A stretch of 64,000 nt of DNA, taken from positions 95,515 through 159,514 of IMG/VR virus record IMGVR_UViG_2974778117_000001; one strand, given 5' to 3'. This document shows, one piece after another, positions 54,809-64,000 of the stretch. The notes beneath the pieces are model-generated. The model was not told where the DNA came from and searched no databases. It worked only from the letters and a program-made list of their open reading frames with translations. The stretch's first letter is position 1; each line of letters begins with the position of its first letter. Made by a program: the position numbers and the translations under genes. The DNA is from a virus. Taxonomy: Duplodnaviria; Caudoviricetes.

Positions 54809-57130
54809 ATGGTTAAGCAATTGTATGTGACCAAGCGAGATGGCAAGAAGGAGCCATACAGCGTTGAGAAGATTCAGCGACAGATCGAGTATGCCGTCCA
54901 GGGGATTCAGGACGTGTCACAATCGATGGTCGAAATGAGTATGGATCTGGAGCTGTACGACGGCATCACCACTGAAGACCTCGACCAGATTGCAATCCGT
55001 GCTGCGGTCAACCTGATCAAAGCAGAACACGGCGACACCAACTATCAGTATGTGGCAGGACGTCTTCTCAACAGCAGCCTGCGAAAGCGAGTCTACGGTC
55101 AGTATCAGCCGCCTCGTTTGTACGAGATCGTCCAGCGCAACGTGAATGCTGGTATGTACACTCCGGAACTGTTGGAGTGGTTCAGTGAAGCAGAATGGGA
55201 TCAGATGGAAACCTTCATCGATCACAGTAAGGATGAGCAGCTTTCGCACTCCGCTCTCAGCCAGCTGGTCGACAAGTACCTGATCCGCAACCGTGACACC
55301 AAGCAGATGTACGAGACCCCGCAGGTCCGTTACATTGTGGCAGGTGCAGTTGAGTTCCACGCGGAACCGACCAAGCGTCTGGAATACATCCGAGACTTCT
55401 ACAATCAGGCGAGCAATGGCTTGTACAGCCTTCCGACGCCAGTTCTGGCAGGTCTGGGTACGCGCACCAAGCAGTTCAGCTCTTGCGTTCTGATCAAGAT
55501 TGACGATAGCCTGAAGAGCATCTACGCTGGTTCGGAGGCCATGGCCTTCTACGCCGCTAAGCGTGCTGGCATTGGTATGGACTTCGGCTCCTTGCGTCCG
55601 GCTCACGCACCCATCCGCGGTGGTGAAGCAGTCAGCTCTGGTCCGGTCCCGTTCGTCCGCAAGTTCATGAATGACCTGGGCTGCGTTTCGCAGGGTGACA
55701 TTCGCAAGTCTTCAGCTACGATGACCTTCCCGGTATGGCATTACGACTTTGAAGACCTGATCGTCCTGAAGAACAACCAAGGCACGGAAGAGACTCGCGC
55801 TCGTCACCTTGACTACTCGGTGATGACGAACAACTACTTGTGGAATCGCTACATCCGTCAGGAACAGATGACTCTGTTCAACCCGGATGAAGTGCCTGAC
55901 CTGTATCGCGCCTTCTATGAAGATGATGGTCTGTTCGGTAAGCTCTATGAGAAGTACGAGAAGGACCCCACGATCAAGTTCAAGAAGACCATCGGTGCCG
56001 ACGTGGTCTTTGATGCGTTCGTAGGTGAGCGTTCGGACACCGGTCGAATCTTCTCGGCGAACCAGACGAACATCCAGAACCAGGGTCCGATCAAGACCTG
56101 GAAGCACCCGATCTACCTGAGCAACCTATGCCATGAGATCTTGATCCCGACAGTCGGCTTTGAGTCCCGTGAGGACGAGCGCGGTCGCATCGCACTTTGC
56201 ACCTTGGGTTCACTGAATTGGGGCAAGATCAAGAAGCCAGAAGACCTCCGTCCTGCAGCTCGTCTGCTTGTCCGTGGTCTGGACAACATCCTGAACTACC
56301 AGGACTTCGTGACTGTCCAGTCGAAGCTGGCAAATGACGACTTCCGTCCGCTGGGTATTGGCGTGACCGGTCTGGCTCAGTGGATGGCTCAGCGTGGGTT
56401 CAAGTACGGTGACCGCGAAGCGCTGAACGAAATCAGCCGCTGGATGGAATACCAGACCTACTACCTGACCGAGGCCTCGATTGAACTGGCTGAGGAGCGT
56501 GGTCCGTGCGGTAAGTGGAAGGACACTTACTACGCTGATGGTATCTTCCCACACGAGCGTCGCAGCAAGCACGTTGACGAGATCCTGGACTTCAAGACTG
56601 AACTGGATTGGGAACCGCTCCGCGCTCGAGTTGTCGTCAGTGGTATCCGCAACGCCCTGCTGGGTGCAATCGCTCCGGTGGAATCGTCATCAGTGGTGAT
56701 CGAGTCGACCTCAGGCATCGATATGCTGACGGCTCACATCACGATCAAGGAGTCGCGTGGTGGTGTTTTGGTGCAGGTCGCACCGCAGTACAAGAAGCTG
56801 AAGAAGAACTACCAGATCCTCCAGGATCAGCCCGATCCGGTCAACTTCATCAAGACGTCCGCGGCGTTCGCTATCTGGATCGATCAGTCGATCAGCACGA
56901 ACACCAACTACAGCCCGAAGTGGTATCCGGGTGGACGAGTGGACCGCACCGTGGTGACACGAAACCTGATCGACGGTCATCGCTGGGGTCTGAAGACGTG
57001 GTACTACAACATCACCGAGAAGCAAGCGGCGAAGGTGACCACGCAAGAGAATCAGACTTCCGTTGCCGACGAAACTGAGATCGCTTATACTTCAGGTGAG
57101 TCAGAAGCCTGCCCATCGTGCGTGTTGTAA
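54809..57130 (+). CDS. nrdA: class Ia ribonucleotide reductase alpha subunit
   Basis: ATP cone VTKRDG, PTP, FSSC, SNLCHE, LCTL, APVESS, DQSIS, C-terminal CPSC. Confidence 0.97.
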   Translation: MVKQLYVTKRDGKKEPYSVEKIQRQIEYAVQGIQDVSQSMVEMSMDLELYDGITTEDLDQIAIRAAVNLIKAEHGDTNYQYVAGRLLNSSLRKRVYGQYQPPRLYEIVQRNVNAGMYTPELLEWFSEAEWDQMETFIDHSKDEQLSHSALSQLVDKYLIRNRDTKQMYETPQVRYIVAGAVEFHAEPTKRLEYIRDFYNQASNGLYSLPTPVLAGLGTRTKQFSSCVLIKIDDSLKSIYAGSEAMAFYAAKRAGIGMDFGSLRPAHAPIRGGEAVSSGPVPFVRKFMNDLGCVSQGDIRKSSATMTFPVWHYDFEDLIVLKNNQGTEETRARHLDYSVMTNNYLWNRYIRQEQMTLFNPDEVPDLYRAFYEDDGLFGKLYEKYEKDPTIKFKKTIGADVVFDAFVGERSDTGRIFSANQTNIQNQGPIKTWKHPIYLSNLCHEILIPTVGFESREDERGRIALCTLGSLNWGKIKKPEDLRPAARLLVRGLDNILNYQDFVTVQSKLANDDFRPLGIGVTGLAQWMAQRGFKYGDREALNEISRWMEYQTYYLTEASIELAEERGPCGKWKDTYYADGIFPHERRSKHVDEILDFKTELDWEPLRARVVVSGIRNALLGAIAPVESSSVVIESTSGIDMLTAHITIKESRGGVLVQVAPQYKKLKKNYQILQDQPDPVNFIKTSAAFAIWIDQSISTNTNYSPKWYPGGRVDRTVVTRNLIDGHRWGLKTWYYNITEKQAAKVTTQENQTSVADETEIAYTSGESEACPSCVL

Positions 57131-57139
57131 GGAGATAGA

Positions 57140-58249
57140 ATGTCGAACCTGAATCAATTCAATGTCGGTGTGTTCGCCGACTACCTGAAGCGAGACATGT
57201 TCCTCGATGACGCTGGGGTGGTGACACTCCAGCGCTTCGACCGGGTCAAGTACCCGAAGCTGAAGGAATATGAAAAGCTCTGCCGTGGTTTCTTCTGGGT
57301 TCCGGAAGAAGTCAAGCTGGAGCAGGACAAGCGTGACATGCAGCAAGCCAGCAAGGCTGAGAAGCACATCATGACGTCCAACATCCTGCGTCAGACCGTC
57401 TTGGACAGTCTGCAAGGAAAGGCACCGCTGACCATCTTTGGTCCGGTCGCATCGGTCCCGGAACTGGAAGCCCTGTTGTCTGTCTGGGGTATGTTCGAGA
57501 CCAACCTGCATAGCACCAGCTACAGCCACATCATCCAGGGCGCGTATGCTCGTCCGGGTGAAGTGTTCGATCACGTCCATGAGATTCGTCAGATCGTGGA
57601 GATGGCTGACAGCGTCGGTAAGTACTACAACGCCTTGCACAAGATGAACTGCAAGCGTGAGCTAGGAATCGAGGTTGACAAGTACGAGCATAAGAAGGCG
57701 ATCTGGATGGCGTTGCACGCATCCTACGCGCTGGAAGCGATCCGCTTCATGGCGAGTTTCGCTACCACGTTCGGCTTGATGGAGAACAAGAAGTTCATCG
57801 GTAATGGCACAACCGTTGAGCTGATCCTCCAGGACGAAATGGTCCATACCGAGATGTGCGCGTGGATCATCAATCAGATTGTCAAGGATGATCCGGACTT
57901 CACCAAGATCCAGCAAGAGATGGCGGATGAAGTCTACGAGATGTACATGAACGTGATCCGTGAGGAGATCGAGTGGGCAGGCTATCTGTTCCAGGAAGGT
58001 CCGATCATCGGCTTGAACGAGAAGATCGTCATCATGTTCATCCACTGGATCTCAGCAATCAAGCTGAAGGATGTGGGCATCAAGTACCGCTCGCCCGAAG
58101 TGCCGAAGACCCATCCGATTCCGTGGTATGAAGGCCACGTCCACCTGAAGGACAAGCAGGTCGCTCGTCAAGAGAAGGAAGACACCAGTTACGTCATCGG
58201 TGTCCTGACCCCGGAAGTGCGGTATGAAGAACTGAGACCACTGGAGTAA
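57140..58249 (+). CDS. nrdB: class Ia ribonucleotide reductase beta subunit
   Basis: FFWVPEE, LDSLQG, ETNLHSTSY, LEAIRF, DEMVH. Confidence 0.97.
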   Translation: MSNLNQFNVGVFADYLKRDMFLDDAGVVTLQRFDRVKYPKLKEYEKLCRGFFWVPEEVKLEQDKRDMQQASKAEKHIMTSNILRQTVLDSLQGKAPLTIFGPVASVPELEALLSVWGMFETNLHSTSYSHIIQGAYARPGEVFDHVHEIRQIVEMADSVGKYYNALHKMNCKRELGIEVDKYEHKKAIWMALHASYALEAIRFMASFATTFGLMENKKFIGNGTTVELILQDEMVHTEMCAWIINQIVKDDPDFTKIQQEMADEVYEMYMNVIREEIEWAGYLFQEGPIIGLNEKIVIMFIHWISAIKLKDVGIKYRSPEVPKTHPIPWYEGHVHLKDKQVARQEKEDTSYVIGVLTPEVRYEELRPLE

Positions 58250-58252
58250 GCC

Positions 58253-58513
58253 ATGGCAGCAAAGCCGAACCTAGACCAGCAAGTAGCACTAGCCCTGAGT
58301 AGCTTCGGCTTTCCTGACGGGCTGATGAGTTTCGCCGCGAAGACGCAGAAAGAGGATGACGCCGCCTTTGGTTTGCAGGAGTTCCTGCGGACCATTGGCT
58401 TCACTCCCAAGCGTAGCGGAAACTGGGTGAAACTGAAGAAGGGCAAGTACACGTTCGACTTCAATCTGGAAAATAGCTGGCGCAAGACCAGCTGGACACT
58501 TGAAATCAAGTAA
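58253..58513 (+). CDS. hypothetical protein
   Basis: GGAG RBS; ORF. Confidence 0.55.
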   Translation: MAAKPNLDQQVALALSSFGFPDGLMSFAAKTQKEDDAAFGLQEFLRTIGFTPKRSGNWVKLKKGKYTFDFNLENSWRKTSWTLEIK

Positions 58514-58521
58514 GGAAGAGT

Positions 58522-58752
58522 ATGATTGTTTTGTATTCGATGGACGGATGCCCGCAATGTGTAACCGCGGAGAACATCCTCAAGCAGCGTGGTCTCGACT
58601 ATGAAGTCAAGAAGGTCGGTCGAGACATCACCCGAGATGAGCTTGTCGCCTTGCTACCAGTCGGCGAGCGTCAGATGCCACAGTTTGAGATTGATGGCAA
58701 GATCATCGGTAGCATCAATTCATTCCAAGCACACATGAGAGGTAACCAATGA
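58522..58752 (+). CDS. glutaredoxin
   Basis: YS..GCPQC, MPQ, IG. Confidence 0.9.
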   Translation: MIVLYSMDGCPQCVTAENILKQRGLDYEVKKVGRDITRDELVALLPVGERQMPQFEIDGKIIGSINSFQAHMRGNQ

Positions 58753-58852
58753 GCAAGCCGACTTTTGAAGAGCATCTGGCAGAGCGCCAGAAGGCCAAGG
58801 ACGACGAGAACAAGAAGGTCGAAGAAAAAGACAAGCCCGATAACCAGCAGGC

Positions 58853-58881
58853 TTGACTTCCGAGGCTGGAACCCTTATAAT
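58853..58881 (+). promoter_or_regulatory. sigma70-type promoter with the -10 inside a hairpin
   Basis: TTGACT-17 nt-TATAAT. Confidence 0.75.
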
Positions 58882-58913
58882 CTAGGGGTTCCAGCCGTTT
58901 TGTGAGGTTCGTC

Positions 58914-59263
58914 ATGGTAAGTCTGATCTACACATTAGCATCAACGTACAAGCCCAAGAAGAAGCGAAAGCCGAAGGGCGAAGTGTTCCAGAAGTACAAG
59001 CCGGATAAGTCGTTCAAACCTTTGACGACCACTCCGTCTCGTCCGATCCGCCAGTCGGATCAGTACAAGTCTGCAGCGATGCCTGCAGCAAAGCCGGTTC
59101 TCCCGGTTCGTTATGAAGGTGAGATGGCTGAGCGAGAAGCTGCAGCCCAGCGCGAGATTGAGCGCAAAAGACGATGGTCGCTCCGATGTACAACAAGGGC
59201 GGCTACCAATATGTGGGTGATGTTCCGCCCGAAATCGTGAAAACCCTAGGGAGAAAAGTATGA
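58914..59263 (+). CDS. conserved basic hypothetical protein (apparent deletion ~59168)
   Basis: after the shift VAPMYNKGGYQYV...LGRKV*. Confidence 0.65.
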
Positions 59264-59703
59264 GCATGCCACGCTTTGATAAGAAGTATCTCGTCCTGGT
59301 CGAATCGTGGGTTGGCGATGCCGACCACTACGCCGTGGATACCTTTGAGGTTGATGATCTCAAGCACGCGGAAGTCATCTATGACCTCGGCGCAGCGCTG
59401 GGACGCAACTATGCACCCAATCCGACCGTGGACGGTGAGAATGGTTTCGGCGGTCGTGGCTTCACCGATGCGAACCTCCAGAAGCTGTATGATGCCTTGC
59501 GACTGAAGCACGGCGCCGCTGTAGATGCGCTCCTGCGCTGGCAAGATTCCCCGGACGATATGACTGACGTCGAGATCCTGCGTGAGAATATCTATGAGTT
59601 CTTCGCATCGGTGGGTGAAGGTTACTACGGCATGGACGACTACTGGCGCACTGTCGAGAGCGTCAAGCTGGTCCGTCTGGATTCCGTGGAGGTGATCAAG
59701 TGA
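59260..59703 (+). CDS. hypothetical protein, paralog 1
   Basis: SWVGDADHY...RTVESVKL. Confidence 0.7.
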   Translation: MSMPRFDKKYLVLVESWVGDADHYAVDTFEVDDLKHAEVIYDLGAALGRNYAPNPTVDGENGFGGRGFTDANLQKLYDALRLKHGAAVDALLRWQDSPDDMTDVEILRENIYEFFASVGEGYYGMDDYWRTVESVKLVRLDSVEVIK

Positions 59704-60131
59704 GTCTGCCATCATTCAAGCACCAGTTCGCTGTCTTCATCCGTAGCTACGTCGGCGATGCTGACTACTACGACACGACCGTGTACGAGACAGATCACGA
59801 ATCGCATGCTCTGTTCGTCCGCGATCTGGCTACCGCTCTTTTCGACTTTGACGAATACAGCGATGACCCGGATGGCGATCTGCGAACCATCATGGACACG
59901 CTGTTCAAGAATCACCGCAACGCAATGCTGGATGTGATCTTCAGTCGGAACCCGTCTGACTGGCTGCGTCAGCAAGCCAAGAACGATCCGGTCGAGATTG
60001 AGCGACTGCAGTTTGAGGAGTTCATCCGGAATGTGATCGGACACTGTGGTGAATACAGCGATTGCCAGAAGTTCCGGTCAGTCGATGCTATCAAGCTCTT
60101 CAAGATCAATTCGGTCGAACGGGTGAATTGA
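59700..60131 (+). CDS. hypothetical protein, paralog 2
   Basis: SYVGDADYY...RSVDAIKL. Confidence 0.7.
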   Translation: MSLPSFKHQFAVFIRSYVGDADYYDTTVYETDHESHALFVRDLATALFDFDEYSDDPDGDLRTIMDTLFKNHRNAMLDVIFSRNPSDWLRQQAKNDPVEIERLQFEEFIRNVIGHCGEYSDCQKFRSVDAIKLFKINSVERVN

Positions 60132-60155
60132 TTTCAATTCATTTCAAGAAAGGGG

Positions 60156-60184
60156 TTGCGTCTAGCCAACCAACCCCTTATAAT
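60156..60184 (+). promoter_or_regulatory. sigma70-type promoter within an inverted repeat
   Basis: TTGCGT-17 nt-TATAAT. Confidence 0.75.
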
Positions 60185-60212
60185 AGACGCATACCCCAAA
60201 GGAGTAGCGGAA

Positions 60213-61229
60213 ATGGCACGAGGTAAGAAGAAGGGCTTGCAGGCGGACCTGATCGCAGCGGCGACTGGCAAGCATTCGGAACCCGAGTGGAACATCCTGA
60301 CCCCGCCGGGCAAGCTGGAATTGGCGAAAGCCCTCAACTTCTACAATTACAACTTCGATGAAAAGGCGAAGAAGAAGTGGGCAATGACGTGGCTGAAGAA
60401 GCATCGTCCGGAACTGTACAGCCAGGCAGACAAGGCGCCGATGTACATGTTCGCCACCTTCGCAGTGATCATGCGGATGGAATCGAGGGGCTTGGTGCTC
60501 GAGGATAAGTACAAGGCTCAGATGATCGAGTGGGCAGAGAGCCTGGGTCCTCGCAAGTCGGATGACGACGAGGACGAGAAGCCGAAGCCCGTGAAGATCA
60601 AGAAGGTGCGGTTGGACTTCAACATGCAGGCGCTGGACGACATTCTGGACGCGGTCCTCAGTGGTGAGGAACTGGTTCCGGAGTTCGATTCGTCCAAGCC
60701 TTTCGGCGCGGTCATCAAGTACTGCGAAGAACAGCTGGAGCTGATCCGCGAGGACAATCAGCAGTATCCGAAGCACATGAAGAAGTTCTTCAAGTCGATC
60801 CTGGAACGCGCCAACAGCGTCGCGCAGATCGTGAAGACCCGCAAGGTCGTCCGGAAGCCGCGTAAGGTGGACCCGCTGAAGATGACCGCGAAGGTCAAGT
60901 ACAGCAAGCGTTACGAGGACCTGAAGATTGACGGCATGAAGCCGAGCGAAGTGGTTGGTAAGAAGAAGCTGTTCATCTTCGACACCAAATATCGTCGCTT
61001 CTTCAAGCTGGCAGCCACCGAAGCAGGGTTCGTGTTCAGCGGCACCACGCTGGCGAACATTGACCTGGCGAAGTCGAGCAGCAAGACGGTTCGCAAGCCG
61101 GAAGAAGCCCTGAAGTCTGGAATGGGCATCCGAGAGCTGGACCGTTCCTACGGTCTGATCAAGGGTAAGGAGTTCGAGCTGACTGGTGTCCGCTTCAACG
61201 ATAACATCCTGATCATCAACGCGAGTTAA
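60213..61229 (+). CDS. conserved T4-like basic hypothetical protein
   Basis: ALNFYNY, FDTKYR, GTTL, KTVRKPEE, RFN..ILI; AAGGAG RBS. Confidence 0.75.
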   Translation: MARGKKKGLQADLIAAATGKHSEPEWNILTPPGKLELAKALNFYNYNFDEKAKKKWAMTWLKKHRPELYSQADKAPMYMFATFAVIMRMESRGLVLEDKYKAQMIEWAESLGPRKSDDDEDEKPKPVKIKKVRLDFNMQALDDILDAVLSGEELVPEFDSSKPFGAVIKYCEEQLELIREDNQQYPKHMKKFFKSILERANSVAQIVKTRKVVRKPRKVDPLKMTAKVKYSKRYEDLKIDGMKPSEVVGKKKLFIFDTKYRRFFKLAATEAGFVFSGTTLANIDLAKSSSKTVRKPEEALKSGMGIRELDRSYGLIKGKEFELTGVRFNDNILIINAS

Positions 61230-61232
61230 GCG

Positions 61233-61733
61233 ATGGCAAGAGTAGACGCAAAGATTCTGATGGAAGCCCGGTTCCAAACCGGGAAGACAGGCGGACAGAA
61301 GACGCCTGGGCAGGACCCGAAGATCGCCGGTGTGAATCAATCCACATCGCTGATCCAGGACGCATCCCCAATGGATGCCGTGTCGGTGACGAAACAGAAC
61401 CGCAAGACTGCAATCCTCGTGTCGCCCTTCATGTCGGAAGACCCGGCAACGGCGACCAAGGCGTACCGGTACGCAATGCGCGCGGTTCAGGACAGCCTCC
61501 GACGCGGCGAAGCACCGATGGCAACGCACGCCTTCTTCTACGACTCGCTGTCGTACAAGAACCCGGTTGAGCGTGACATGGGACTCCAGTGTCAGATCAG
61601 CTGGCTGAAGAAGGCTGAGATGGTGGTTGTGTACACCGACGGCGGTATCACCCCGGCAATGCAGACCATCATCAACAGCGGCGAGATCAAGAACAAGCGA
61701 ATTGAGTACAGGACAATCGGAAGTTTCACTTGA
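61233..61733 (+). CDS. nucleoside deoxyribosyltransferase-like / DUF4406-like protein
   Basis: SPF, DSLRRGEAP..H, ERDMG, VVYTDGGIT..M. Confidence 0.6.
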   Translation: MARVDAKILMEARFQTGKTGGQKTPGQDPKIAGVNQSTSLIQDASPMDAVSVTKQNRKTAILVSPFMSEDPATATKAYRYAMRAVQDSLRRGEAPMATHAFFYDSLSYKNPVERDMGLQCQISWLKKAEMVVVYTDGGITPAMQTIINSGEIKNKRIEYRTIGSFT

Positions 61734-61758
61734 CATCCTGATGTAGTGACGTTACAAT
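61730..61758 (+). promoter_or_regulatory. sigma70-type promoter
   Basis: TTGACA-17 nt-TACAAT. Confidence 0.8.
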
Positions 61759-61785
61759 CTTTATGAACATTCAAGGAGACGCCTT

Positions 61786-62184
61786 ATGCAGAACGTAGCC
61801 GTGCCGCCCACTCACTTCGTGCCACCGACCCACAATTTCACTCCGAAGGAATGGAACATCTCGGAACCGGATCAGCGCGTGTACGTCGGCGATTTCATCG
61901 TCATCCAGGGTCACACCGTATGCGTCACCAAGGTGGGCATGGAGACCGGTCAGTTGATCTCTGTCCCGTCCATGGATCGCTACAGCGATGCCACGTTCGA
62001 CCTGCAGTATGACCCGGAAGTGCCGAAGCCGGAAGAGTTCATCTCGGACTTCGAGCGTTCCAAGCCGGTGGGTCTGGATCTGACTCGCGGTCGCTTCTTC
62101 ATCACCGAGACTGACCTGACCAACTTCCTGAAGTGGACCAATGGTCATGCGACCTCGTGGCGTCGCTGGGGTGGCTCGGTATGA
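61786..62184 (+). CDS. hypothetical protein
   Basis: AAGGAG RBS. Confidence 0.65.
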   Translation: MQNVAVPPTHFVPPTHNFTPKEWNISEPDQRVYVGDFIVIQGHTVCVTKVGMETGQLISVPSMDRYSDATFDLQYDPEVPKPEEFISDFERSKPVGLDLTRGRFFITETDLTNFLKWTNGHATSWRRWGGSV

Positions 62185-63473
62185 TCTACGATATCCTGCA
62201 GCGAGTCGCATCGACCAGCAGCAAGCTGGAAAAGATCGCGATCCTGACCGCCAACAAAGACGAGCCTCTACTGAAGGATGTGTTCTTCCTGACGTACGAT
62301 AAGCAGACCAACTTCTACACCACCAAGGTGCCGGACTCGGTCTACTGGGGCACAGCCGATACGTTCATCTCTTTGGCTGAAGCCCTGTCGTCGCTGACGC
62401 GCCTGTCGAAGCGAGAGATCACCGGCAATGCAGCCGAACTCTGGCTGGCGGAACAGTTCACGAAACTGAACCCGTTCGACGCTTCGATCTTCTCCCGAGT
62501 GATCCTGCGTGACCTCCGAATCGGCGCGACAGCTGGCACGGCGAACAAGGTCTGGGAAGGCTTGATCCCGAAGCCGGACTTCATGCTAGCGGAGACGGAC
62601 CCGAAGAAGATCGTGTATCCGGCTATCAGCCAGAACAAGGAAGACGGCGCCCGCAGCAAGTTCCAGTACGCTGGTCCGGTCAACGGTGTCACTCTGGTCA
62701 GCCGCAACGGCAACGAGATCATCGTCCATGGTGTGTTTGATGCTTGGGCGAACGAGAACCTTTTCGCAGGTGATGATCTGGACGGCGAACTGATCGCGGT
62801 CGACAAGGACGGCAAGCGCCTGCCCCGGAAGATCGGCAACGGTATCGTCAACAAGGCAATCAAGGGCACGATCAGCCTGGAGGAAGCACAGTCGCTGCGG
62901 TTCGTGGTGTGGGACATTGAGACCCGCCCAGAGATGCCGTATGAGGATCGCCTGGCATGGCTGACCGAGCGAGTGACGGAGAACACCACGGTCATCCTGA
63001 TCGAAGGTGAAGAAGTCAAGAGCTACGAGGAAGCCGTTGCCCACTTCAAGTCGCGCCGCAAGCTCGGTCTGGAAGGTACGATCCTCAAGAACAAGCACGC
63101 GTTCTGGCAGCCGCGTCGGTCCTTCGACATTGTCAAGTTCAAGGCGGAAGTCGAGATTGACATGAAGGTTGTTGGCGTCGAAGAAGGTAAGGGAAAGAAC
63201 AAGGGACGCCTCGGTGCATTGGTAGTCGCATCGCAAGATGATCGTATCACCTGCAGCGTGGGCATCTTCAAGGACTTCCCGGATTCGATCCGCGACGAGT
63301 GGTTCACCGATCCGCCGCCTTTCGTGACCGTGCTCTACAACGAACGCATCAGCAAGAAGGGATCACCAACCGAGTCCTTGTTCCTGCCCCGCGTGACTGC
63401 TGGTCGCTGGGACAAGACGGAAGGCGACACCTACGAACGCATCCTGGAAATCGAGAGGAGCACCCTGGAATGA
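62181..63473 (+). CDS. 30: gp30 ATP-dependent DNA ligase
   Basis: KEDGAR, SRNG, DGEL, WD, EGTILK, KFK, SLFLP. Confidence 0.95.
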   Translation: MIYDILQRVASTSSKLEKIAILTANKDEPLLKDVFFLTYDKQTNFYTTKVPDSVYWGTADTFISLAEALSSLTRLSKREITGNAAELWLAEQFTKLNPFDASIFSRVILRDLRIGATAGTANKVWEGLIPKPDFMLAETDPKKIVYPAISQNKEDGARSKFQYAGPVNGVTLVSRNGNEIIVHGVFDAWANENLFAGDDLDGELIAVDKDGKRLPRKIGNGIVNKAIKGTISLEEAQSLRFVVWDIETRPEMPYEDRLAWLTERVTENTTVILIEGEEVKSYEEAVAHFKSRRKLGLEGTILKNKHAFWQPRRSFDIVKFKAEVEIDMKVVGVEEGKGKNKGRLGALVVASQDDRITCSVGIFKDFPDSIRDEWFTDPPPFVTVLYNERISKKGSPTESLFLPRVTAGRWDKTEGDTYERILEIERSTLE

Positions 63474-63826
63474 AGGTACTACTGAACGACCTGGTCTATG
63501 ATGTGGTGGACGTGAACATCACCACAGACGAGCACTTCGATCCGAACTGCGACGTGTGTACTCAGTACCTCGAGTACTTCGATGAAAGCCTGAACCGCCT
63601 CGGTGAGTTTCGATTCACCACGGTCAAGGAGCCTTTCCTGCAGCGTGATGAAGGCGGCAAGCTCTATGTAACCGTGAAGAACGGTGACCTGGAAGGCGTG
63701 GTCGAGTGGTTCATCGACCAGATGGGAGAAGTGGGCAAGTTTGCCCATGTGTACAGCGTGGAACTGAAAACGGCTGATGGCATCGTCCATCGTGTACTGA
63801 CTGATTATGAGGAGAATGAAGCATGA
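63470..63826 (+). CDS. hypothetical protein
   Basis: ATGA overlap with ligase stop; GAGGAG RBS. Confidence 0.6.
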   Translation: MKVLLNDLVYDVVDVNITTDEHFDPNCDVCTQYLEYFDESLNRLGEFRFTTVKEPFLQRDEGGKLYVTVKNGDLEGVVEWFIDQMGEVGKFAHVYSVELKTADGIVHRVLTDYEENEA

Positions 63827-64000
63827 CTTTCAAACGTGATCTGTCTGACCTGCGAGTAGAGCTGGTCACCTTGCAGAAGCGCAAGAACGAACTCACCGAG
63901 AAGGTGCTGAACGTTGTCACGGCGGCAGCCGTCAAGGCCATCGAAGATATGCCGGAAGATGGTGACGAGGACGAGGTGATCGAAGATCAGATCCGTGACG

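Noticed and set aside
9305-57130. Inteins or introns in gp43, gp41, nrdA or nrdB
   Set aside because: Lengths are normal; no C...HN splice ends or homing endonuclease motifs
60162-61736. Long - strand ORFs (for example 524 aa here, 447 aa at 17702, 360 aa at 51060, 338 aa at 34762)
   Set aside because: Antisense shadows of codon-biased + strand genes; no motifs recognised

Overview
A 64-kb segment of a large, fairly GC-rich T4-like myophage genome, almost all on the + strand. It contains the T4 core replication, recombination and late-transcription genes (uvsW, 55, 47, 46, 45, 44, 62, regA, 43, uvsX, 41, 61, rnh, 33, 59, 32, dexA, dsbA, nrdAB, glutaredoxin, 30) and tail/baseplate genes (26, 51-like, tape measure with a transglycosylase domain). 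Lysis genes are dispersed on the - strand: a holin candidate and embedded Rz/Rz1. It also has three tRNAs and a circularly permuted two-piece tmRNA. Notable accessory content: (1) a 7-deazaguanine DNA-modification cluster (folE, queC, TGT/dpdA-like, queE) with a myo-inositol-1-phosphate synthase and a HAD phosphatase inside it, suggesting a possible inositol-linked DNA hypermodification; (2) a four-gene nucleotidyltransferase / nuclease / KxDG ligase-like / cytidylyltransferase module; (3) a late 1202-aa protein with a PARP-like ADP-ribosyltransferase domain, plus NAD salvage genes (NadM-Nudix, NadV); (4) an ORF-free, heavily base-paired ~330-nt ncRNA candidate. About 20 single-base deletions break or fuse genes, including essential ones, and are most likely long-read sequencing errors. 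Coordinates for those genes are my reconstructions. All family calls come from motif recognition by eye; no database search was run.
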